NCBI GenBank assembly: GCA_037142615.1
Contig: JBAXAI010000055.1
Location: forward strand, 1-19,734
Direction of reading: 5' to 3'
Length of the DNA: 19,734 nt
From: Spirochaetales bacterium
GTDB lineage: Bacteria; Spirochaetota; Spirochaetia; JABEVK01
Under the pieces are notes generated by a model. It did not search any database. It was given only the letters and a program-made list of their open reading frames with translations, and was not told the DNA's origin. Numbering within the stretch: the stretch's first letter is position 1; the number at the start of each line of letters is the position of its first letter. Shown here piece by piece: positions 11,548-19,734 of this stretch. Made by a program: the position numbers and the translations under genes.

Positions 11548-14027
11548 CCACCATCCAACTTGCCTCGGCGTGGAGCTTCCGCGAACTGGGGACAACCGAA
11601 TGGGCCGGCGCTACGGTGCCCGGAACCGTCCACACCGACCTGATGGAGGCGGGGCGCCTGCCCGACCCCTTCGTCGGCACCAACGAGCGCGACGTACAAT
11701 GGGTCGACAAAAAGGCCTGGGAGTACCGCTCGACGTTCAGTGCGCCGGCCGAGGTGCTGAAACACTCGCACCACGGCCTTCGCTTTTTGGGCCTGGACAC
11801 CTTTGCCAAGGTGTACCTCAACGGCCAACTGGTGCTCGAGGCCGACAACATGTTCCGCACGTGGGAGCTCGAAGCTGCGCTCAAGCCGCTGGGCAACGAG
11901 CTGCGCGTGGTGTTCGATTCGCCCACCGGCCGAGGTCTGACCCTCCAGGCCGCGCACGGGCTCGACCTGCCAGCTTCGAACGATGTCAGCGAGATCGGTG
12001 GGCTGGGCCAAAAGCGGGTCAGCCCGTTCGTGCGCAAGGCGCCCTACCATTTCGGCTGGGACTGGGGCCCGCGCCTGGCCACCAGCGGCGTGTGGAAGCC
12101 CATCGAGCTGTTCGGCTGGAGCGGCGTACGGATCACCGACTTCGCGGTGCGTTTGGCGTCGATGGGCGGCGGGGTCGAGGCGCTGGTCGAGCTCGAGGCC
12201 GACGCTGACGGCGAGGTGAACCTCGATCTGGGGTGGGAAGGCAAGGGCCTGACCAAAAAGGTGCCGGTGAAACGGGGACAGACCTCGGTGAAGTGGAGTT
12301 TCGAGATCCCGTCGCCGCGCCTGTGGTGGTGCCGTGGGCAGGGGGCCCAGGAACTCTATCAGTTTGAGCTGACGGCCCGGGCCGCTGATGGAACGGTGGT
12401 CAAAAAGAACCTCGCCACCGGCCTGAGGCAAGTACGCTTGGTCCGCGAAGCCGACGCCCAAGGACGCAGCTTCTACCTGGAACTCAACGGCCGCGCAGTG
12501 TTTGCCAAGGGCGGCAACCACATCCCCAACGATCTGTTGTTGCCGCGCATCACCGACGACGTCTACCGGCACGAGCTCGAGAGCTGCGCAGCGGCAGGCT
12601 TCAACCTGGTGCGGGTGTGGGGCGGCGGCATCTACGAGAGCGACGTGTTTTACGATTTGTGCGACAAGTTGGGCCTGATGGTGTGGCAGGACTTTCTGTT
12701 CGCCTGCTCGATGTACCCCGGCGACGAGGCCTTTTTGGCCAGCGTCAAGGCCGAGGCCCGCGACAACGTGCGCCGCCTGCGCCGCCATCCCAGCCTCACT
12801 CTGTGGTGCGGCAACAACGAAATGGACATCGCGTGGCAAGCCTACAAACCCGAAGGGGGCTGGGGCTGGAAGCAATTGTTCAGCGACGCCGACCAGAAAC
12901 GCATCTGGGCCGACTACGAGGCGGTGTTCCACCAACTGCTGCCTGCGGTGCTGGCCGACCTGCAGCCCGAGTTGCCGTACTGGCCCAGTTCGCCCATGGC
13001 CGAACCATCGGGTGACGCCACGCAGCACGCGTTCAACAGTTCCCCCGGCGGCGACCAGCACTATTGGGGGGTGTGGCACGCGCGCGAACCGTTCTCGAAC
13101 TACAAATTGGTGCGGGCGCGTTTCATGAGCGAGTTTGGGTTCCAGTCGTTTCCCGAGGCCAAAACGTTGCGCTCGTTTGCCGAGCCCGACCAGTGGACCC
13201 TCGATTCCGACGTGATGAAGCTGCACCAGAAGAGCGCCATCGGAAACCAGGCCATCGACGACTACCTGGTGCGCGACTACCGGCGGCCCGACGATTTTGC
13301 CACCTTCGCTTACCTCAGCCAGGTGTTGCAGGCCGAAGGGATCCGTTTTGCCATGGAAGCCCACCGCCGCGCCCGTCCGTATTGCATGGGCAGCGTGTAC
13401 TGGCAGATCAACGACTGCTGGCCGGGGCCGAGTTGGGCCGGGATCGACAGTTTTGGCCGCTGGAAGGCGCTGCACTACTACCTCAAGGCCAGTTTGGCCG
13501 ACCTCGCCTTGTCGGTGAACCAGGAAGGCGATGCGGTGGAACTGTGGGTGCTCAACGACAGTAATTTCGCCCGCGAGATCACGCTGGGCTGGCAGACCTT
13601 CGGTTTGGCTACGGGCGTTGGCGACCGCGAGTCGCAGGCCTGCACCATCGGCGCAGCAACCTCGCAGAAGGTCGTCACCCTGTCGTGGAAGGCGCTGCTT
13701 GGCGGCGAGGTCACCACGCGGGGCCTTCAGGTGCAACTGGCCGAGAACGGCGCGGTCGCCGATGCGCGCAACGCGTTCGCGCTCCCGATCAGAGACCTGA
13801 AGCTCCCACCACCCTCCCCCGTGTTCCACAAAAAATCGGTCATGGCTGGGGTCGAGGTGACGGCAGAAAGCCCGGTGTTCGTGAAGAACCTTCGGTTGGA
13901 AACCGACAGCGAGGGCTTTTGGGAAGACAACTTCTTCGACCTGCTCCCCGGCATACCGCAGACCGTCTTGTTCCGCAGTTCACACCCCGGCGCGCTCGAT
14001 ATTCGTTGGCAAGCGGTGACGAATTGA
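11544..14027 (+). CDS. Beta-mannosidase (glycoside hydrolase family 2)
   Basis: Start at ATG 11544 after AAGGAG. VPGTVHTDL, GLDTFA, RKAPYHFGWDWGP, RVWGGGIYE, VWQDFLFAC, LWCGNNE (acid/base), RFMSEFGFQS (nucleophile), YWQINDCWP. Confidence 0.93.
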   Translation: MTTIQLASAWSFRELGTTEWAGATVPGTVHTDLMEAGRLPDPFVGTNERDVQWVDKKAWEYRSTFSAPAEVLKHSHHGLRFLGLDTFAKVYLNGQLVLEADNMFRTWELEAALKPLGNELRVVFDSPTGRGLTLQAAHGLDLPASNDVSEIGGLGQKRVSPFVRKAPYHFGWDWGPRLATSGVWKPIELFGWSGVRITDFAVRLASMGGGVEALVELEADADGEVNLDLGWEGKGLTKKVPVKRGQTSVKWSFEIPSPRLWWCRGQGAQELYQFELTARAADGTVVKKNLATGLRQVRLVREADAQGRSFYLELNGRAVFAKGGNHIPNDLLLPRITDDVYRHELESCAAAGFNLVRVWGGGIYESDVFYDLCDKLGLMVWQDFLFACSMYPGDEAFLASVKAEARDNVRRLRRHPSLTLWCGNNEMDIAWQAYKPEGGWGWKQLFSDADQKRIWADYEAVFHQLLPAVLADLQPELPYWPSSPMAEPSGDATQHAFNSSPGGDQHYWGVWHAREPFSNYKLVRARFMSEFGFQSFPEAKTLRSFAEPDQWTLDSDVMKLHQKSAIGNQAIDDYLVRDYRRPDDFATFAYLSQVLQAEGIRFAMEAHRRARPYCMGSVYWQINDCWPGPSWAGIDSFGRWKALHYYLKASLADLALSVNQEGDAVELWVLNDSNFAREITLGWQTFGLATGVGDRESQACTIGAATSQKVVTLSWKALLGGEVTTRGLQVQLAENGAVADARNAFALPIRDLKLPPPSPVFHKKSVMAGVEVTAESPVFVKNLRLETDSEGFWEDNFFDLLPGIPQTVLFRSSHPGALDIRWQAVTN

Positions 14028-15229
14028 GTGAACCCGTGCCTCGCTTTGAGCGGGGCCTGGGCTCGGTGCTGTTCATGCTGTTTCTCGACGTGCTCGGGTT
14101 CAGCCTGTTCATTCCGTTACTGCCCGACTACGTGAAAAGCCTGGGCGGCAACGAGTTCACTTTCGGCCTGGTGACGGCCGCCTACGCGGCGGGGACCTTC
14201 GTTTTCGCCCCGCTGTGGGGGGCGCTGTCGGACCGGTGGGGTCGGCGGCCGGTGCTGCTCTTGGCGGCGGGAGGCGGCTTGGTGGCGTGGCTGGGCCTGG
14301 CGCTGGCACCCAATCTGCTGTGGCTGTTTGTGGCCCGGATTTTTGGCGGCATCATGGCGGCCAAGGCCACGGTGTCGCAAAGCTGGATCATCGATGTCAG
14401 CCCGCCCGAGCACCGCAGCCGCAACATCGGCTATTCCGGGTTGGCGTTCGGGCTCGGTTTCGTGGTGGGACCACCGGCGGGAGGCCTCCTCGGGACGGTA
14501 GGCTTGCCGTTCGCGGCGCTTGTTTCGGCCACGCTGGTAGGCCTTTCGTTGCTGATGGCCCTGTTTTTCGTGCGCGAGTCTCTGCCCCTGCCACGACCGG
14601 TTCGCCCGGGGGTCAGACCTCTCGGCGGCAAACCTCGGGACGGCGCGACCAGAACCCGCCTGTCGCGCGACGTCGTGGGGTTGTTGGCGCTCGGTTTTTT
14701 GATCAACCTCGGGTTCAACTTCTTCCAAACCTTGTTCACCCCGGTGACGCAGAAACAATTGGACTGGACTCCCGCCAATGTGGGCTTTGCCCTGGCCTGG
14801 AGTGGCGTGTTGCTTGGGGCCTTCCAGGGCGGCGGCATGGGCGCGCTCGCCAAACGCTTTCGCGAGGAACACTTATTCGTCGTTGGTCTGGGTGTTCTCG
14901 GTATGGCGCTGCTGGCTTGGGCGTTCACCTTTGCGGGGTGGTTTTTGTACCTCCTCATCGTGCCGCTGACCCTGGGGGCTGCCCTGGCGACCATTTTGCT
15001 CAAGACTCTCTTGGCCAAGGCCGCACCGCCCGAGCAGATCGGCGGCGTGCTCGGCTGGTCGACTTCGCTCGAAAGCCTGACCCGCATCATTGCTCCAGCT
15101 GCGGGCGGCTGGCTGCTGGTTCAGGGTTCGTTTTGGCCCGGAGTCGTAGCGGGCACCCTCTTGCTGCTGGCCTTCGCCGCGTCGTTCTGGCTTACGCCGC
15201 GTGTGCCCTCGGAGCCGGCCAAGGCCTGA
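14024..15229 (+). CDS. MFS transporter (TetA/DHA1-like)
   Basis: Probable TTG start overlapping the upstream TGA. Motif A GALSDRWGRRP, motif C GLGFVVGP..GG, about 12 hydrophobic segments. Confidence 0.88.
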   Translation: MSEPVPRFERGLGSVLFMLFLDVLGFSLFIPLLPDYVKSLGGNEFTFGLVTAAYAAGTFVFAPLWGALSDRWGRRPVLLLAAGGGLVAWLGLALAPNLLWLFVARIFGGIMAAKATVSQSWIIDVSPPEHRSRNIGYSGLAFGLGFVVGPPAGGLLGTVGLPFAALVSATLVGLSLLMALFFVRESLPLPRPVRPGVRPLGGKPRDGATRTRLSRDVVGLLALGFLINLGFNFFQTLFTPVTQKQLDWTPANVGFALAWSGVLLGAFQGGGMGALAKRFREEHLFVVGLGVLGMALLAWAFTFAGWFLYLLIVPLTLGAALATILLKTLLAKAAPPEQIGGVLGWSTSLESLTRIIAPAAGGWLLVQGSFWPGVVAGTLLLLAFAASFWLTPRVPSEPAKA

Positions 15230-15231
15230 CC

Positions 15232-15933
15232 ATGCGCGTGGTGGCCGACTTTCACAACCACAGCTGCCTCTCACCCTGCGGAAGTTTGGAGCTTTCGCCC
15301 ACGGTGCTCGTGGCTGAAGCCGCCGCCAGAGGTGTGCAAGTATTGGCACTGAGCGACCACAACAGCGCGCGCAACACCCCCGCGTTCGAGTCGCTGTGCC
15401 ATGCGGCGGGTCTGCTGCCGCTGTGCGGAATCGAGGTCACCACCGCCGAGGAACTCCATTGCCTGGTTCTGTTTGGCCGTTCCGTCGAGGCGCTGGCTTT
15501 TGGCGAACTGATCGAAGCCCACACGCTCAAGGTGAAACTGCGCCCCGACAAACATGGCGACCAAGTGGTCGTCGACGAAGCCGAAAACGTGACGGGTGAG
15601 GTGGACTTCTGGCTCGGAGCGCCCACCGACCTCGGGCTCACCGATCTCGTGGAGCTGGGGCATATGCACGGAGGACTTGTGATCCCGGCGCACATCGACC
15701 GTCCATCCCAGTCGGTGAAAAGCCAGCTGGGCTACCTGCCCCCTGCCGACTACGACGCCCTCGAAGTGCGCAGCGACGCGGCGGGCCTGGAAGTCGGAGG
15801 CTTGTCGTTGGTCAAAGGGAGCGACGCCCACTACCCCGAGAACGTGGGCAGCCGCACGTGCCTGCTCGAGGTGGAAAGCCTCAGCTTCGAAGGCGTGCGC
15901 TCGGCTCTGCGCAGCGGCAAGGTGGGCCGCTGA
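15232..15933 (+). CDS. PHP-domain metal-dependent phosphoesterase
   Basis: ADFHNHSCLSPC, ALSDHNS, GIEVTT.EELH, PAHIDR, GSDAH. Confidence 0.9.
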   Translation: MRVVADFHNHSCLSPCGSLELSPTVLVAEAAARGVQVLALSDHNSARNTPAFESLCHAAGLLPLCGIEVTTAEELHCLVLFGRSVEALAFGELIEAHTLKVKLRPDKHGDQVVVDEAENVTGEVDFWLGAPTDLGLTDLVELGHMHGGLVIPAHIDRPSQSVKSQLGYLPPADYDALEVRSDAAGLEVGGLSLVKGSDAHYPENVGSRTCLLEVESLSFEGVRSALRSGKVGR

Positions 15934-16808
15934 TGTGGGCCTTCTTGCTGGAGTTCGTGGTGGGACTGTTTGTCGAACTCGTGCCCTTGTGGGGCCAAAG
16001 TTCGGCCGAAGTGCGCGTCGAGTTCCCTTCGGCCGCGCTCGGCAACTCGCGCACCATCACGGTATTGCTTCCACAAAACTGGCAGAACCGCGACATGCTT
16101 CCGGTGCTCGTTGTCAATGACGGCCAAGATGCCGACAAGCTCAAGCTGCGACCCTTGCTCGACAAGGAATGGAAGGCCGGCACCCTGCCCCCCTTCGCGG
16201 TCGTGCTCGTCCCGGCGGGCGACCGTCTGCGCGAATACGGCGTTCCCGGGGTGCCCGACTTCGCTGGTCGTGGCGACCGAGCCGACTTGTACGCCCGTTT
16301 TCTGCTCGAGGAACTGTTGCCCAGCCTCGAGGCCCGCTACCCGCTCGACCCCGCCAACAGGACAATCCTGGGTTCTTCGCTCGGCGGACTTTCGGCGTTT
16401 GGGCTCGCGTGGGCCCACCCCGACGCGTTTCGTCAGGTCGGGGTGCTGTCGGGCAGTTTCTGGTGGCGCGACAAGGACGGTGGCAACGGGCCCGAGGGGG
16501 CCCGCGTGGCGCAGAACAGCCGCATCGTGCTGTGGTGGACCAAGACTTTCCCCGCCCCGGCCGCCAGCCGTTTCTGGTTCCAGGCGGGAACCCGCGACGA
16601 AACCAGCGACCGGAACAACAACGGCATCATCGACGCCATCGAGGACACGCAGGACCTGATGGTCGCGATCGAGGAACAAGGCGTTCCCGCCGACCACGTG
16701 GTGTGGACTTTGGTGAAGAACGGCTATCACGAGCCCGCCACCTGGGCCAAGGTGCTGCCGGAGTTTCTGCACTGGGCGCTGGACGCACCGCTACCACCGC
16801 GCCAATAG
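15933..16808 (+). CDS. Alpha/beta-hydrolase esterase (Fes-like putative esterase family)
   Basis: TGATG overlap start; NDGQD, GSSLGG nucleophile elbow, LSGSFWW, GYH...W. Confidence 0.85.
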   Translation: MWAFLLEFVVGLFVELVPLWGQSSAEVRVEFPSAALGNSRTITVLLPQNWQNRDMLPVLVVNDGQDADKLKLRPLLDKEWKAGTLPPFAVVLVPAGDRLREYGVPGVPDFAGRGDRADLYARFLLEELLPSLEARYPLDPANRTILGSSLGGLSAFGLAWAHPDAFRQVGVLSGSFWWRDKDGGNGPEGARVAQNSRIVLWWTKTFPAPAASRFWFQAGTRDETSDRNNNGIIDAIEDTQDLMVAIEEQGVPADHVVWTLVKNGYHEPATWAKVLPEFLHWALDAPLPPRQ

Positions 16809-17645
16809 CGGGTAATGGTCCGAGGCCCCGGTGACGGGAACTTCGACCCGGACGGTCCCTGCAGGCAGACCACGGGTCAAAATGTGGTCGATCCACGCGG
16901 CGGGCTCGTTGGGAAAGACGCCTTCGTGGACCAGCGGATTGGCCGGATCCCAGGTGACAATTCCTGGCCCCAGGGCCTCTTCAAACCCAGGCAGCGAAAG
17001 CAGTTGCTGGTAGCGGTCCTCGCTGCAGCCGGGGCCTGCGTTGGCATCGCCCGCCAGAATTTCAACCTGCGCTGACGGAACACTTTCGACCATTTGTGCC
17101 AACTGTCGCAGCTGCTCGGCCTCGCCCGCCGCGCTGCCTTGCGCCGCTAGGTGGAAGTCGGTGACGCCAAAAGTCGCACCCGACTCGGGGTCGTGGAGTT
17201 GCACGCGGGCCACGCCCTTTTGCGAAAAGGCCTCCACACCTTCGCGGACCTTCCACGCGGCGAACTCGGAACTGACCAATTGGAGCGGAGCGTTGCCAGG
17301 CTGCGACCGCCAAGCCAGGAGCAGCCCGCTACCTATCCCCGTCCACGAGCGATCCGCGGGCCGGTAGAACTCGTAGCCCAAAGGGCCCAAAGCCGCCTCG
17401 ATCGCGCGGGCGTGGGCGTCGTCCCACACTTCTTGCAGCACGATCACGTCGAGGCTGCTTTCGGTGGCCCACCGTGCCAGAGCGGCGGGAATCTCGGCAG
17501 CGCGCTTCTCCACCCGGGGCACGACGTCGAAGCCCGCCACACGGAGCAGACCGACATTCCAAGTGAGCACCTCAAAAGCGCCCAATGGTGTCGGCACGGC
17601 GCTGAGCAGGGCCACAACCAGAGCCAATCCGGCGCGGTGAGTCAA
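16791..17645 (-). CDS. Secreted endonuclease/exonuclease/phosphatase-family protein (sphingomyelinase-like)
   Basis: Signal peptide; LTWNV, LQEVW, GSGL, KG, HL, AGDAN, IDHIL, SDHYP. Converges on the esterase with an 18-bp overlap. Confidence 0.88.
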   Translation of the reverse strand: MTHRAGLALVVALLSAVPTPLGAFEVLTWNVGLLRVAGFDVVPRVEKRAAEIPAALARWATESSLDVIVLQEVWDDAHARAIEAALGPLGYEFYRPADRSWTGIGSGLLLAWRSQPGNAPLQLVSSEFAAWKVREGVEAFSQKGVARVQLHDPESGATFGVTDFHLAAQGSAAGEAEQLRQLAQMVESVPSAQVEILAGDANAGPGCSEDRYQQLLSLPGFEEALGPGIVTWDPANPLVHEGVFPNEPAAWIDHILTRGLPAGTVRVEVPVTGASDHYPLLARW

Positions 17646-17653
17646 GCGGTGGT

Positions 17654-17875
17654 TCAGGGAGCCTTCCCTTCCGGGAACAGTTCAGCGAAGTCGATCTGAA
17701 AGCCCTCGATCACGCTGCTGACCGCGAGCCCCTGATGCTTGGTCGTCGGCGCCGGGCTCATGTTGTACGCCACACCGTCGATGAGTTCCCAGCGTTCGTC
17801 GTCGGGCCACTGACAATAGTCCCGGTAGGTGTAGCGTTCGTCGTGTTTTTCCAGCGGTAGTCCCAGGTTGCGCAT
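17654..17875 (-). pseudogene. Uma2-family endonuclease with in-frame internal deletion of the catalytic core
   Basis: First ~50 aa match the 8893-9507 protein, then jump to the C-terminal SSVIEGFQIDFAELF segment; 73 aa versus 204 aa. Confidence 0.85.
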
Positions 17876-17963
17876 ACCTCCATTGTACCTTACCTAACCG
17901 AGGGAAGGGCAAGTCTGCTTGAGGTTGTGCCCCCTCGGGCCTAAGTCAGTGGCAAGCCGGGGA

Positions 17964-18377
17964 TCAAGGATTCTCCCGGGCCGACATCGCGTCACGAAAG
18001 CCCAGCAGGAGCGGCGCATAGCGTGACAAAATAGACTGGCGGAGGTCTTCGGCGGTCTCGGAATTGTCAGTGTGCGAGGACAAGTTGCGGCTCTTCACCA
18101 TGTCCATCCAAGTTTGCCCGTCGGTGATAAGGCCCTTGGAAAAGGCCTCACGCGTGGCGTCTTTCGAACCCGTCAGGCCGACCGTTCCTTGGTCGTCAAA
18201 CCAGTCCTTCATCACATTCCAAGCCAATTCATGGGTGAACTCGAAAGACTGGATCAGGCCCTGAACTTCCAGCTCGGAGAGTGGTCGTTGCCGGGCCAGT
18301 TTGACAGCGGCGGCTAAGTTTGCGCAGGCCCGCTTGTAGTTGGCAAGGCGCTGCTTCCAGCGGATGTCAGATTCCAT
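17964..18377 (-). CDS. HI0074-family nucleotidyltransferase substrate-binding (HEPN) protein
   Basis: MESDIRWKQRLANY...GLIQSFEFTHELAWNVMKD...WMDMVKSRNLSSHT; Rx4H motif RNLSSH. Start reassigned to ATG 18377. Confidence 0.9.
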   Translation of the reverse strand: MESDIRWKQRLANYKRACANLAAAVKLARQRPLSELEVQGLIQSFEFTHELAWNVMKDWFDDQGTVGLTGSKDATREAFSKGLITDGQTWMDMVKSRNLSSHTDNSETAEDLRQSILSRYAPLLLGFRDAMSARENP

Positions 18378-18427
18378 AAACCCACAGTAGCGCTTGCCCG
18401 CAGTCGCTCCAACCCTTAAGGTGAGGT

Positions 18428-18943
18428 TTGGGGGTAGCTGTGTCGCAGGGCAATCGTCGTATTGAGGTCGAGTTCGGCGGTGAAGCACCGGCGGTTCTTC
18501 TGGCGAGGCTGGAGGTGGCGGGCGTGGGGCTCAACGACTACGCGCGGGCGCTGCTCGCTTGGCCGGGGTTTGCCCCCTCGCCCCGGCAGACGGCCAAACT
18601 CGAGGTTCTCACGGTGGGCGAACTGGGCTTTGCCGACGGCGCCACGCTGGAGCAACTGTGGCAGCGGGTACGCGAGCTCGGCCTGCAGCTGTGCCCCCTG
18701 GACCTGGCCCCGGCGTGGCGACTGGTGTACCTCGACCAGCCTGAGGAAGTTGAGACAGCGCGCCACAAGGCGCCCCGAGGCTCGATCACCGTGCTTTCAC
18801 CGCCACCTTCCGACGCGGACGAGTTCCCCAAGGGGTTTTACCTGCGACGGATGGACGGCCAACTGTGGCTGCGCGGCTACACCTGCGGGCTCGACGTCGT
18901 TTGGCAGCCCGACGCGGTGCTGGCAGCGCTTATTTCGCCCTGA
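18428..18943 (+). CDS. Conserved hypothetical protein (start uncertain, possibly GTG 18440)
   Basis: Coding-like codon usage; LGL.LCPL.L...RL.YLDQP, AP.GSIT, FPKGFYLR...G.LWLRGY resemble an uncharacterised family I recall from Bacillota. Confidence 0.7.
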   Translation: MGVAVSQGNRRIEVEFGGEAPAVLLARLEVAGVGLNDYARALLAWPGFAPSPRQTAKLEVLTVGELGFADGATLEQLWQRVRELGLQLCPLDLAPAWRLVYLDQPEEVETARHKAPRGSITVLSPPPSDADEFPKGFYLRRMDGQLWLRGYTCGLDVVWQPDAVLAALISP

Positions 18944-19024
18944 GGCGGTTGTTCTTGGCGTTGTTCTCCAGTTCGCACAGGCCGCGTGGTCCGCGCCTGA
19001 GATGGCCAAGATTTGACCTTGGCT

Positions 19025-19054
19025 TAACAATCGCGGCACTTGGCAGGCCGATAA
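19025..19054 (+). promoter_or_regulatory. Possible sigma28 (FliA) promoter
   Basis: Perfect GCCGATAA -10 box at 19047-19054; the -35 match is weak. Confidence 0.5.
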
Positions 19055-19073
19055 TGGAACCAAGGAGATCACC

Positions 19074-19322
19074 ATGATCACCAATGTATCGTCCGAGTCT
19101 TCGCCACAACAACTCGCTCAGGCCAAACCTGCGCCAGCGCCAGCGCCACCACCTGCCGCTGCCGCAGCGGCACCCTTGCTGGCTGCTGCCAAGGCCGACA
19201 CGGCCGAGATTTCCGTAGGGGCTCAGGTCCGGCTGCTTTCCAGCCAGGGCAAGTCCGCCACCGAGATCGCCGCTTCCACGGGTCTGGACCTGGCTACCGT
19301 GAAACGGTACCTGGGTGGTTGA
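19074..19322 (+). CDS. Small protein with Pro/Ala linker and C-terminal HTH-like motif
   Basis: AAGGAG RBS; ADTAEIS..A segment, then GKSATEIAASTGLDLATVKRYL. Confidence 0.75.
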   Translation: MITNVSSESSPQQLAQAKPAPAPAPPPAAAAAAPLLAAAKADTAEISVGAQVRLLSSQGKSATEIAASTGLDLATVKRYLGG

Positions 19323-19526
19323 AAACCATTGACACTATCAATACACACAAACAGTTTGAGTTGTGGAAATCAGTTGGGACGCTGACAAAGAGTTGCTCCT
19401 CCTCGAAACCCGTAAAAGGCCAAAAAGGAGGGTAGAATCTGAGCGACCAGACACCGGAGCTTCGGGAATCACTCCTGAAGGCCGCTGCGAAGCCCCCCAA
19501 GTGAACTCCGACAAAATCTGGTCAGC

Positions 19527-19586
19527 CTGATGCATCTGCAGGCAGCTGACGGTTCCCATGGTGCCCACGCCGACGGTGAGCGCGGT
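19527..19586 (-). pseudogene. nagB: Second nagB remnant (two fused short segments)
   Basis: Manual translation TALTVGVGT|MGTVSCLQMHQ resembles NagB ALTVGVGT and MWT(I/V)SCLQ(L/M)H; short, so less certain. Confidence 0.6.
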
Positions 19587-19595
19587 AGACCAGAA

Positions 19596-19734
19596 GGGGC
19601 GCCTGCCCCTCGTTCCATAAAAAAGGCCGACCCTTGGCGGGCCAGCCTTTTGTTATTGCACTACCCCCTCTGGGTGGTCTTCCTCTGGCTTTGGAGTTTC
19701 TCCACTTCGGGCGGTTGAAGTCCTGTCAGCTCGG
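19596..19734. repeat. ~80-bp dispersed repeat, copy 4, extending into an Rpn 3' end (direct repeat of 268-406)
   Basis: 132 of 139 positions identical to 268-406 by manual alignment; terminator at 19619-19651. Confidence 0.95.
19661..19734 (-). CDS. 3' end of another Rpn-family gene (partial)
   Basis: Encodes ...ELTGLQPPEVEKLQSQRKTTQRG*, like the end of 333-1043. Confidence 0.8.
   Translation of the reverse strand, partial: ELTGLQPPEVEKLQSQRKTTQRG

Noticed and set aside
11466-13829. 787-aa antisense ORF and other long shadow ORFs (e.g. 9974..11299, 8116..9105)
   Set aside because: Mirror frames of high-GC genes with no recognisable motifs.
13685-15231. Apparent long N-terminal extensions or fusions of the MFS (from 13685) and PHP (from 14215) ORFs
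   Set aside because: Extensions overlap upstream genes in other frames and are low-information; real starts fit 14024 and 15232.
18428-18943. Helicase label that I recall for similar proteins
   Set aside because: Only 171 aa with no Walker A/B or helicase motifs.
8000-19734. A second VR or target gene for the DGR
   Set aside because: No further match to the TR was seen in this window; remote targets elsewhere remain possible.

Overview
GC-rich bacterial window, probably from a spirochaete (inferred from gene content, not proven). The centrepiece is a complete-looking diversity-generating retroelement (DGR) on the minus strand: a 953-aa lipoprotein target with a C-terminal FGE-sulfatase/CLec domain (5135-7996, VR 5139-5273), an HRDC-domain accessory gene (4529-5014) and a reverse transcriptase (3397-4554). 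The template repeat (TR 3437-3571) lies in frame inside the RT 3' end. TR and VR differ at 18 of 135 positions, all at TR adenines. A (GGGA)7 tract sits in the target leader. Around the DGR is a toxin-antitoxin/nuclease-rich accessory region: four Rpn-family PD-(D/E)XK copies (the two with the relevant region in view carry a conserved internal SD+ATG), a DUF4160/DUF2442 pair, a Phd-VapC pair, one intact and one deleted Uma2, an orphan HEPN gene, an ~80-bp repeat in four copies and two complementary nagB remnants. The right half has a translationally coupled operon: DRTGG, CBS/anti-sigma kinase, DRTGG, GH2 beta-mannosidase, MFS, PHP, esterase. All family calls come from motif recognition by eye; no searches were run.
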